In this document: one piece after another, positions 1 through 7,508 of the stretch | Layout of the letters: the number at the start of each line of letters is the position of its first letter | How positions within the stretch are numbered: position 1 is the stretch's first letter | Position numbers and translations under genes: made by a program | Source of the DNA: a virus | Taxonomy: Duplodnaviria > Caudoviricetes | Direction: 5' to 3' (one strand) | IMG/VR virus record: IMGVR_UViG_3300044475_000019 | Span: 1 to 41,974 of that record | Length of the DNA stretch: 41,974 bases | The notes under the pieces: model-generated | The model's input: only the letters and a program-made list of their open reading frames with translations | Databases searched by the model: none | What the model was told of the DNA's origin: nothing

Positions 1-127
1 CAACGTCACGGGTGAAGTTGATCAATCCCTTGCCAGCAGTGAGCACAGCAAAAAACTTCAACGCCGAGCGCTGCATCTGGCCGAAGAACTCGGCGGCGTC
101 CTTGCCGGAGGCGGCGATCTGCTTGCC
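1..127. repeat. Terminal direct repeat copy 1 (circular assembly overlap)
   Basis: 1-127 (caacgtcacg...gcttgcc) is identical to 41848-41974; 127 matches a common assembler k-mer length. Confidence 0.95.
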
Positions 128-247
128 CACCCTGTCGGTGTTCTTGCGAGTATCGGACAGCCCCTTCTCGGTGTCCTTCATGCCCTGCTGGAAGTCTTTG
201 TTATCCAGCCCCAGGGTAACTATCAGGCTGTCAATCACTGTTGCCAT
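1..247 (-). CDS. Tape measure protein, N-terminal part (continues at 41847 through the circular junction)
   Basis: ATG at 247 after GGAGG RBS gives MATVIDSLIVTLGLDNKDFQQG..., in frame (57 codons upstream) with MQRSALK of ORF 40460..41923; typical tape measure N-terminus. Confidence 0.9.
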   Translation of the reverse strand, partial: MATVIDSLIVTLGLDNKDFQQGMKDTEKGLSDTRKNTDRVGKQIAASGKDAAEFFGQMQRSALKFFAVLTAGKGLINFTRDV

Positions 248-255
248 GCGGCCTC

Positions 256-432
256 CTACCCTGCCGCACCAGCTGCGCGGACCCGGGCCATGTTCAGTTG
301 GTCAATCTGGTGGATCTCGAGCATCCGATAGGCGTCATATGGGCCGTAAATCGTCTGCAATTCGTGAAGCGTGGCGAGCCGTGCTGAAACCAGGGTGGCG
401 ATGATGCCGGGGGTGTTGGAATAAGGGGTCAT
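256..432 (-). CDS. Tail assembly chaperone, T (frameshift) part, 58 aa
   Basis: Hand translation MTPYSNTPGIIATLVSARLATLHELQTIYGPYDAYRMLEIHQIDQLN...; between chaperone and tape measure; -1 frame relative to 468..857. Confidence 0.8.
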   Translation of the reverse strand: MTPYSNTPGIIATLVSARLATLHELQTIYGPYDAYRMLEIHQIDQLNMARVRAAGAAG

Positions 433-467
433 TTCGACCCCTCTTCCTCCGGCCTGCTCGGCGACTG

Positions 468-857
468 TTAGATCTGCTCTTCGCCACCGGTGGAAAAACC
501 CAGGTGAAGCTCGATGACGGCTTTGCGCAGCAGGAAGCGGGTCTTCACATCTTCGATGTCACCATCCAGCAAGGCGCGCGGCTTCTGGGTGGCCGGCACC
601 AGGATCTGGACACAGGACATCATTTCGTCCAGCAGGGGCTTGGCTTGGGGGGGCGACACGGACGCGAGCGCCTTCATCCCTTGGCGAGCCAGCTCCGCCA
701 GAGGTGCCTGCAGGTTCAGGTCAACCTCACTCGATGCCACGGCTTGCAGCGCCCGAAATGCCCACCACTCGGCGGCCTCGGCAGACATCTCGGTGATCTG
801 GTACTTCTTGCCAGCGTCGCGGCCTTCGGTGATTTCTACAATCTCGGTGCGTCTCAT
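468..857 (-). CDS. Tail assembly chaperone (G-like)
   Basis: Position between tube and tape measure; slippery GGGTTTT near the 3' end. Confidence 0.8.
   Translation of the reverse strand: MRRTEIVEITEGRDAGKKYQITEMSAEAAEWWAFRALQAVASSEVDLNLQAPLAELARQGMKALASVSPPQAKPLLDEMMSCVQILVPATQKPRALLDGDIEDVKTRFLLRKAVIELHLGFSTGGEEQI
495..501 (-). other. Programmed -1 frameshift slippery site G GGT TTT
   Basis: Minus strand CTG GGT TTT TCC; the -1 frame is open to and in frame with 256..432. Confidence 0.8.
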
Positions 858-949
858 TTGCTAATCCCCCACACCATGAGGCCAAGGACTGGCGCCAAAA
901 TTGCCATCAGTGCAATAAATTCAATGCTGGTGTCGCTCATCGTCATCAT
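854..949 (-). CDS. Small hydrophobic peptide, 31 aa
   Basis: MMTMSDTSIEFIALMAILAPVLGLMVWGISK; ATGA overlap with the chaperone start. Confidence 0.5.
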   Translation of the reverse strand: MMTMSDTSIEFIALMAILAPVLGLMVWGISK

Positions 950-960
950 CTCATCATCAG

Positions 961-989
961 AAAAAGGAAAGGCGACCACTGGCCGCCTT
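961..989 (-). terminator. Intrinsic terminator after tail tube gene
   Basis: AAGGCG...CGCCTT hairpin followed by a T-rich tract on the minus strand. Confidence 0.6.
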
Positions 990-993
990 GGGA

Positions 994-1434
994 TTATACC
1001 AGAGGGGTCGGCAAGACGCTTTCCCATGTGATCGTGAACGTTCGCGGTTGCAAAGTGCGTTGGGCTGTCGGCATGGCCGAGAAACGAGTCAGCACGCCGC
1101 GCGACATGGTATAAGAGCGCTGAGTGCCCGGCATGGTGACAACACCACCAAGCCGAAACACGGTCTTATTGGCATCCTGCGCCAGCAGGATACCCTCAAA
1201 CAGGTCAATGCTGGTGGAATCAGCCTGCAGGGTGATGGTCTGAGGATACATGCGCGGCACCCAGCCGGCAGACATGACACCATCCACCCCCTGAATTACT
1301 TCTGCTGCATCAGTCTCATCCATCGCAAACGCCGCATCGGCGGCGTAGCCCTGGATCTGAGTGGCAGCCAGCGCGAAGTCTGCCGAACTCAGGATAAATA
1401 CGCTGTCCGCGCTGGTAATGGTACGGGAAGCCAT
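994..1434 (-). CDS. Tail tube protein (DUF3277-like)
   Basis: 146 aa, directly downstream of the sheath; ITLQADS and terminal FTITWE motifs. Confidence 0.8.
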   Translation of the reverse strand: MASRTITSADSVFILSSADFALAATQIQGYAADAAFAMDETDAAEVIQGVDGVMSAGWVPRMYPQTITLQADSTSIDLFEGILLAQDANKTVFRLGGVVTMPGTQRSYTMSRGVLTRFSAMPTAQRTLQPRTFTITWESVLPTPLV

Positions 1435-1446
1435 GGTCGTCTCTCC

Positions 1447-2925
1447 TTAAAGTACGGCGATTGACGCCAGGGTGATCTGCTGGATGCTTCCACCGTCCAT
1501 GTACCACAGCTTGACCGGGGGGCTTTGGCGCTGGCCGCGAACTTGGGCGGTTGCCGGCAAGATCTGCAGGTAGTATCCCTTGCTTTGCAGGTCGGAGCTG
1601 ATGTCCAGGCCAGCCTGCTGGGCGATGATGGCTTTCTGCGAGTTGCTCAACGGAACGCCGGTCCGGATGCCGCCATAGTTCAGCGCCTCGTCGATCGGGT
1701 CTTGGCACCAGGAACGGATCAGCGTGTATCCCAGTGTGTTGTACGGCGCAGAGTTGACGGACAGCAGGCCATTGAATATGGCCAGGCGAAGCTGTGCATT
1801 CAGTCGTAACTGAGACATGAAGGAGTCAGCCCACTTGAAGCTGGATCCGTTCATCCGACCGTCGTACATGATGCTGTACTCGTTACCCTCTCCGCGATCC
1901 ACGTAGGCACCGTAGTAGCTGGCGTTGTTGGACAGAGCTGCCTCGGCGTCATTGCGGTTCTCAACGTAGGCGTCCACTCCTGAGAACTGCCGGAAGGCCA
2001 GAGTGCTGCGGCCGTTAATTGCTTGCCAGTCTATTGAGCCCACCCAGCCGCACGCGGCGGCGGCGTGCACTGCCTCGCCGTAGATCACCAGGGTGCCGTC
2101 ATAGTTCTGGGCATCCACGATGGAGCCGAACACTGCGGGGTTATTGTTGGTCTTGTAACCAGGGTCGCTGTCCCAGCCGACGTAGGCGTAACCCTTGTTC
2201 TGGGTGTTAGCCCACTGCGCGAAGCCTTCGCGCTGCTCGAGGTCGCACTCAAACAGGGTGGTGAAAGTGGCCCAGTTGTAGGACTGCTCCTTGATGCGAG
2301 CCATGGCGGTGGCCGGGGTGTCAGCGACAACGCCTTGTGACAGGATCCCAGCAGACAGGCCAAGGGGCTCGGCGGCGGTGCCGGTCGCCTGAGTGATCGT
2401 CGAGGTCGCGCCATCGGTGCCGGAGGTAACGACAAACCGAGAGGCGGTGGCGTCCCAGGTCACGGCAGCGCCGCCGGTCAGGCTCAACCCTGTGGTAAGC
2501 AGGGTGGCTGCGTTGGTGAAGCTGGTCGCGGTTGACAGATCCACAGAGGCATCGGTGAAGGCGGTGCCGTCCACAGTGATGGTCAGGGTGCCGGTGATGG
2601 CTTTCAGCTGCTCCAGCGTCAGAGACAGCACCTGGCCGCGCAGCCATGCGGCACGGTCGAGGGCGGCATATCCACCAAAGAACAAGGTGCCTGGCTTCTT
2701 GAAGCTGTTGTCCGGGCCATTGAAGTAAATGCCAGCCAGCGTGTACTTGGTGGAGTTGAAGCCGTAGTAGTTGCCAACGCTGTCTTGGTCGGCAAAGCTC
2801 AACAGGCTGGATACAGGGGTGGTCAGGCCTTCATCCAAAAACACAGCATTGAGAGAAAGCGGGTTGCCGCCTGTCCCCACCACTGCGGGATTGACCGTCA
2901 CGATCTGATTGACTGGGATAGGCAT
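1447..2925 (-). CDS. Tail sheath protein (DUF3383-like)
   Basis: Start MPIPVNQIVTVNP after AAGGAG; NWATF, WADSF and WYMDGGSIQ motifs of Bcep781-type sheaths. Confidence 0.9.
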   Translation of the reverse strand: MPIPVNQIVTVNPAVVGTGGNPLSLNAVFLDEGLTTPVSSLLSFADQDSVGNYYGFNSTKYTLAGIYFNGPDNSFKKPGTLFFGGYAALDRAAWLRGQVLSLTLEQLKAITGTLTITVDGTAFTDASVDLSTATSFTNAATLLTTGLSLTGGAAVTWDATASRFVVTSGTDGATSTITQATGTAAEPLGLSAGILSQGVVADTPATAMARIKEQSYNWATFTTLFECDLEQREGFAQWANTQNKGYAYVGWDSDPGYKTNNNPAVFGSIVDAQNYDGTLVIYGEAVHAAAACGWVGSIDWQAINGRSTLAFRQFSGVDAYVENRNDAEAALSNNASYYGAYVDRGEGNEYSIMYDGRMNGSSFKWADSFMSQLRLNAQLRLAIFNGLLSVNSAPYNTLGYTLIRSWCQDPIDEALNYGGIRTGVPLSNSQKAIIAQQAGLDISSDLQSKGYYLQILPATAQVRGQRQSPPVKLWYMDGGSIQQITLASIAVL

Positions 2926-2959
2926 TGCCTGCTCCTTACGCGGGGTTGTGGATCCCAGC

Positions 2960-3478
2960 TCACGCCGGGTTAAGCAAATCGGCCGCAATGACCGAGGTTT
3001 CACCCACGGTGTCGAACTGCTCGGCGGCCACATTGACAATGGGATTGTACTGCATTGACACGGTTATCGTCCAACGAGCCTCGTATTGCTCCTCACCGGT
3101 GATGAGCGGCGACTGAATGCCATCAGAGCAGTATAGCGGCTTGATGCTGTCCGGGAAATTGTCCGGCCCGTAGGAGCTGCGCAGAAGGGTCTTTGCCGTG
3201 TTGCACATCTCGCCAGCCTGGCCGTCGTAGAAGTCCACTTGCACATCGATGCGGGTAGAACGCTGGAAGTCGGCGCCAGTGTTGATATCGCATGTGCTGC
3301 GAGTGGTGGACAAGTCATATTGCCCCATTTCGGTCAGCACGATGCACGGCGGCTCAGGCATGGCAACCCGATTGACCTGGGCGCGGACGATCTGCGTGTC
3401 TGCTGGCATCAGCGGGTCCAGAAAATCAGCCAGCGCGGCGATCACGTTGTCTATAGTGATGCTTGGCATGGCGCTCAT
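2960..3478 (-). CDS. Tail terminator / neck protein
   Basis: RAQVNRV, VQVDFY and EEQYEARW motifs; immediately upstream of the sheath; start at MSAMPS. Confidence 0.75.
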   Translation of the reverse strand: MSAMPSITIDNVIAALADFLDPLMPADTQIVRAQVNRVAMPEPPCIVLTEMGQYDLSTTRSTCDINTGADFQRSTRIDVQVDFYDGQAGEMCNTAKTLLRSSYGPDNFPDSIKPLYCSDGIQSPLITGEEQYEARWTITVSMQYNPIVNVAAEQFDTVGETSVIAADLLNPA

Positions 3479-3861
3479 CACCAAGACTCCATGCACTCTT
3501 CCCATAACGGGAGGTCTATCGTTTTGCCCGCCAATTCATGGGTGCAATCCCCTAGATACTGTATTTTCCCATCGGTAACAAATGAGTGGCATACCTTTTT
3601 TACCTTGGTTTGTGTCACTTCCCCTGAGAGGATTTTTTCAGCCATATCTAAATCAGAGCATGGCGGCTCACCCTGCTCCCATTGCACCAAAACAGAAGGA
3701 GTGAACGTAGGCTTTTCATGGTTTCCGTTAAACCCCCATGCAGGCCCAGCGTTACCGCCGACATTGATAACATGTGGTGCATCACACCCTTTGCAGAAAA
3801 ATGCCACAGTGCCTTGGCTTGCAGATGCCAACACCGATGATATTGCGACAAAACTACTCAT
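3478..3861 (-). CDS. DUF6527-like Cys/His (probable Zn-binding) protein
   Basis: CKGCDAPH...WGFNG...PTFTPSV...CHSFVTDGKIQYLGDCTHELAG; start/stop overlaps with both neighbours; more AT-rich than flanks. Confidence 0.75.
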   Translation of the reverse strand: MSSFVAISSVLASASQGTVAFFCKGCDAPHVINVGGNAGPAWGFNGNHEKPTFTPSVLVQWEQGEPPCSDLDMAEKILSGEVTQTKVKKVCHSFVTDGKIQYLGDCTHELAGKTIDLPLWEECMESW

Positions 3862-4232
3862 TGCACTCTCCCCTGATAAACAATGGCGACCTTGCACCAG
3901 TCCGGCCAGGTCTCCAGCACTTTGACGACCAGCCAGCTTTGACTGTTGAACTCGACCAGATCCCCACCCTTGCTGTCGGGGCGCACCACCCCTGCCAGAT
4001 TGCCATACAGGTAGGCCGAGCGGATGGTGCCCTGGATGTTCATACCGTCCAACTGCTTGAGGTCCTTCCCATCCAGCGCCTGGATGTTCGCCTGTCCGGT
4101 CTCGACGGTGTAGGCCGGAACCTGGCGCCGGGTGGCCGGGTCGATAGTGTAACCACTGGACACCTTGACGGTGACCGGCGTGTTGGGGTTGATGGATTGC
4201 GTCGCAGCGTTGGCGATGGCGCGGAGGTTCAT
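3858..4232 (-). CDS. Head closure / head-tail joining protein
   Basis: MNLRAIAN..., GGDLV, WLVVKVLETWPDW; neck-module synteny. Confidence 0.75.
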   Translation of the reverse strand: MNLRAIANAATQSINPNTPVTVKVSSGYTIDPATRRQVPAYTVETGQANIQALDGKDLKQLDGMNIQGTIRSAYLYGNLAGVVRPDSKGGDLVEFNSQSWLVVKVLETWPDWCKVAIVYQGRVQ

Positions 4233-4678
4233 TCATCACCTTCCATGCGGACTTGATAGGTTGTGGAGCGCAGCATGTCGCCGGTATCCACCAGGGGCTT
4301 GTTGAAACCCTTCTTGGCGATGGTGCTCGGCGCGTTCGGCGGATCCTGCCAGCCGACGATGGACGACTTCAAGTCGTCGTTGATCTTCTCGCCGATGAGT
4401 GAGAGGGTCTGGCGGGTGTTGTAGCCTGAATGCACGGCGGCCTTGCCTAGCAGCTCGGGCCAGCCAGCCGACTCCTTGGCTATCATGGAGCGGAAAAACG
4501 GTCTGGCAGGGGCGCGGCTGGTGCCGAACTCGTTCCAGAATGCCACTTGGGCAACCGGAGTGCCGTCGGGGTAGGTGGCGCCAGACATAAAACCGACGTC
4601 CAGCTTTCCTGGAGCCATCCCCTTGGCTATCTCGGCCAGCTTGCGGGCCAGCTTGTCGCCGCCGGTTAGGGTTGCCAT
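4229..4678 (-). CDS. Neck / tail completion protein (HK97 gp10-like)
   Basis: NEFGT..PARPFFR and PPNAPSTIAKKGFNKPLVDTG motifs; start MATLTGG. Confidence 0.8.
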   Translation of the reverse strand: MATLTGGDKLARKLAEIAKGMAPGKLDVGFMSGATYPDGTPVAQVAFWNEFGTSRAPARPFFRSMIAKESAGWPELLGKAAVHSGYNTRQTLSLIGEKINDDLKSSIVGWQDPPNAPSTIAKKGFNKPLVDTGDMLRSTTYQVRMEGDE

Positions 4679-4788
4679 TAGTATGAGTTGAACCTTGAAT
4701 GATGGATGATGGTTGGCATTCCGCGCACAAGGAGAGCCGCGCAAACAGCATCGTGAATCTTTGTCGTATGGATACCAAGCTTCATCAT
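4678..4788 (-). CDS. Small hypothetical peptide, 36 aa
   Basis: MMKLGIHTTKIHDAVCAALLVRGMPTIIHHSRFNSY; TGATG overlap upstream and TAATG overlap downstream. Confidence 0.5.
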   Translation of the reverse strand: MMKLGIHTTKIHDAVCAALLVRGMPTIIHHSRFNSY

Positions 4789-5183
4789 CAATACCTCGTC
4801 GGCCTTGCCACGTAACGGAACGAGCGCAGGTAGGCGGTCGCCTGCCAGAACTCGGCGCCATAGCTGGTTTGGATGAACCAAGACGCCCCCATATGCGCAT
4901 TGAACTCCAGCGACACGCTGACGCTGCCTTCTGTGGCGCTGGAGGTGCGGCCAACCGGCCCCGGGATGCCGCCAGGGTTCAGCGCTCCAGACAGCTTGGC
5001 GATGTGCGCCACCAGCAACCAGAAAAGCGCTAGACGCTTTTGCTCGTCCGGCACAGGGCAATCTTGGTTGGCAAGGAACAGCTGCGACCGCACGAAATAA
5101 CCCTCCAGTGCGGTATCGGGTACCGCGCTGAACTCTGGATAGGCCGCCTTGAAGGCGACCGGGTCGAAGACGACGGCCGCCAT
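4788..5183 (-). CDS. DUF4054-like head-tail adaptor
   Basis: FKAAYPEF, LLVAHIA, GRTSSATEGSVSVS and QTSYGAEFW motifs. Confidence 0.85.
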   Translation of the reverse strand: MAAVVFDPVAFKAAYPEFSAVPDTALEGYFVRSQLFLANQDCPVPDEQKRLALFWLLVAHIAKLSGALNPGGIPGPVGRTSSATEGSVSVSLEFNAHMGASWFIQTSYGAEFWQATAYLRSFRYVARPTRY

Positions 5184-5186
5184 GGG

Positions 5187-5531
5187 TTAATCCACCTTCT
5201 CGATGCCAGCCACGTCGGCATTGCTTGCGCCTTCCAGGCCGGTTTTGTCCTTCACCCGCTCTTTGGCTGCGCCGCGGGCTTTGCTTTCGGTTGCCTCCGC
5301 GAAGATTGCGCCATTAACCAGCGGGGCGAAGTCGGCATTCTTGGCGACCCACGCATCCCAGAATTCCTTGTCCACCTCGGTGTAGCCGCAGTTGGTCGGC
5401 TGGATGAACAGCGCGCCGTTCATGTCGGCGTTCTGGCCACGCAGGGTGGCGCGCACCTCGCCGCCTTTGTCATCTTGCAGGCGCAGCACCAGGCCATTCG
5501 GGAGGCGGCAGCCAACGGTAATTTTGCTCAT
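5187..5531 (-). CDS. Conserved head-module hypothetical protein
   Basis: VGCRLPNGL...VDKEFWDAW...NGAIFA...TGLE; position after capsid as in Bcep781-like phages. Confidence 0.75.
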   Translation of the reverse strand: MSKITVGCRLPNGLVLRLQDDKGGEVRATLRGQNADMNGALFIQPTNCGYTEVDKEFWDAWVAKNADFAPLVNGAIFAEATESKARGAAKERVKDKTGLEGASNADVAGIEKVD

Positions 5532-5704
5532 TGTTTGGATCCTTTTTCGTCAATCATCAGCGCATCAGCATCAAAAGTCCCGGTGCGCAACTGCCCATCC
5601 ACAAACCACGCGCAATCCACGCTGCGGCCTGCGGTGCGCTCTACTGTCATGCTCGGGGAGCCAGAGCGGAGGCGGACTATTTCACCGGGGGTAAAATTTT
5701 TCAT
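5528..5704 (-). CDS. YodC/DUF2158-like protein
   Basis: FTPGEIVRLRSGSPSMTV...VDCAWF...F pattern; ATGA overlaps. Confidence 0.75.
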   Translation of the reverse strand: MKNFTPGEIVRLRSGSPSMTVERTAGRSVDCAWFVDGQLRTGTFDADALMIDEKGSKQ

Positions 5705-5895
5705 CGAATCTTCCTGACAGCCTTGGCGTTGAACACGCCAGCGCAAACCATTTCAGACTTGTCGTAGTTCCAGTAATGCAGGACCAGGCCATCAAGAAAA
5801 CCGGTAACCGTCATTGGGTCGCTACCACTGATAAGCTCAACTACGTCGCCTACCTTTGGCTTTTCATCTGCCGCTTGCTTTACTTCATTACTCAT
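5701..5895 (-). CDS. Second YodC/DUF2158-like protein
   Basis: KVGDVVELISGSDPMTV...YW pattern; GAAGGTG RBS. Confidence 0.65.
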   Translation of the reverse strand: MSNEVKQAADEKPKVGDVVELISGSDPMTVTGFLDGLVLHYWNYDKSEMVCAGVFNAKAVRKIR

Positions 5896-5911
5896 CGTCA
5901 TCACCTTCAAC

Positions 5912-5938
5912 AAAAGAGGGGGCTTTCGCCCCCCATCT
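5912..5938 (-). terminator. Intrinsic terminator after major capsid gene
   Basis: GGGGGC-GAAA-GCCCCC hairpin followed by TCTTTT on the minus strand. Confidence 0.75.
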
Positions 5939-5948
5939 TAGCACAGCA

Positions 5949-7001
5949 TCAGACGCCGAGCATGCCCTGTACCGCCATCGGGCGATAAATGACTGTGCCC
6001 CAGGTGCCCTGGCTCTTCTTCTGCTTGAAGCTGGACAGATCCACGAACACCGGATGGGCCCGCATCTTTTCAGTGAAGCAACAGTCCCAGGTGCGCTGAC
6101 CTTCGATCTCGTCGACAACCAACTGAACCAGCTCGCCGGAAGCGGTGGCGTATTCCGGCACGGTCTTCACGGTCATGTTGGGGTAGTTCTTCTTCAACAG
6201 GTCTGCCACGTTGACGTTGAACTCGTTGGTGAAGGTGAGCGCCACGGCGGACTGGGGCGACATGATCAAGGTCATGCGGCTGTCCAGGTCAACGTTGCCC
6301 CTCAGGCGGGATTGCAGGTTCCAGTACATGGACTGGACATCCTTCAGTACCTCCAGCGCGGTGGCGTTCGGCACGCCGCCGGTGTCGACCCACTTCACAC
6401 CGCCAGCGGCCTTGGTGGCCGGGGTCAGCGGAGCGGACAGCGCCGGGTCGTTGGTCATGCCGTAGTTCTGCAGGCCAGCCACACCGAACAAGTACGACTT
6501 GTTTTGGAACTTGTTCAGGGTCAGGGCAGAGGCAATGCTCACGCGACTGGACCAGTCGATGCGGGCAGCCCCGGCACGCTCCAGCTCCTTCTCACCCCAC
6601 TGTGAGATGGTCTGGTAATGGAAGCTCTGGCGCTGCGGGAAGTTGGTGTTCACACCAGTGGAGCCGGCATTGTTGTAGTCACCGTAGGCCGCAGTTTGGC
6701 CGGTGGATTCCACAACCGGGAACATGGCGGTCTCGGTGATCCAGTCGCCCTTCTTCACCTCGGATCCGACGGCCTCGGCGGACTTGATGGGTGCAACCAG
6801 CACCTCGATCAGCTTCGGGTCGATGTAGGTGGTCAGGAACGCCGGGATGCCGGAGTTGCTGACGGTGACCAGGCCAGGCTGGGCGTCCTGGGCGATGGCG
6901 AAGTCGTAAGCATTGGCGGCGTCGAGAGCCATCGGCTGAGCACCCATGAAGTGGATGCCGGCGCGGCTCGCTAGTTCGCGGAAGTCAATTACTTGAGGCA
7001 T
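5949..7001 (-). CDS. Major capsid protein (DUF2184 family)
   Basis: 350 aa; GIPAFLTTYIDP, KKGDW, YGD and TWGTVIYRP motifs; followed by a strong terminator. Confidence 0.9.
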   Translation of the reverse strand: MPQVIDFRELASRAGIHFMGAQPMALDAANAYDFAIAQDAQPGLVTVSNSGIPAFLTTYIDPKLIEVLVAPIKSAEAVGSEVKKGDWITETAMFPVVESTGQTAAYGDYNNAGSTGVNTNFPQRQSFHYQTISQWGEKELERAGAARIDWSSRVSIASALTLNKFQNKSYLFGVAGLQNYGMTNDPALSAPLTPATKAAGGVKWVDTGGVPNATALEVLKDVQSMYWNLQSRLRGNVDLDSRMTLIMSPQSAVALTFTNEFNVNVADLLKKNYPNMTVKTVPEYATASGELVQLVVDEIEGQRTWDCCFTEKMRAHPVFVDLSSFKQKKSQGTWGTVIYRPMAVQGMLGV

Positions 7002-7013
7002 GATGGCCGCTCC

Positions 7014-7493
7014 TTACAGAGAGATCACGGCCAGCTCGTTCAGAGCGCAGCCTTGGGTGATAACGAAATCGGTCTCGATGAAACCGGAAATGGTTGCGCC
7101 AGCCGCACCTGGCTGCATGGTGCCATCGGTCAGCTTGGCAAAAGCCTTCTGACCCTTGGTGGCAGCAGCCACGGTGGAAGTTGCCCAGTAGTCGCCGGTG
7201 CGCATGACGGTGACAGGGAAGCCCTGCGGCACCAGGTTGCTTGACTCTGCCAGATACACGGAAATCAGTGCCTGCTGTTCGCGGTGGATGAAGCCGTCCG
7301 GCTTGCCGGTGCCAGCGTTGGATACCAGGCCGGTAGTGGCATCAATCCAGGCGAAGCGACCTACGGTCACGCCGGCGACAGCGGCCACGTACTGACCCTC
7401 GCCAGCAGGGAAGGACGCGCGCGGATTGGCGGTGGCAAAGTCACCAGCGACTGCGGGAGCCTGCTGGAGGTTTACGGTAGTTTGAAAACCCAT
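7014..7493 (-). CDS. Capsid decoration / cement protein
   Basis: MGFQTTVN..AVAGDFA...GVTVGRFAW...GDYW; between protease and capsid genes. Confidence 0.8.
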   Translation of the reverse strand: MGFQTTVNLQQAPAVAGDFATANPRASFPAGEGQYVAAVAGVTVGRFAWIDATTGLVSNAGTGKPDGFIHREQQALISVYLAESSNLVPQGFPVTVMRTGDYWATSTVAAATKGQKAFAKLTDGTMQPGAAGATISGFIETDFVITQGCALNELAVISL

Positions 7494-7508
7494 TTTGTAG
7501 GCTCCTTC

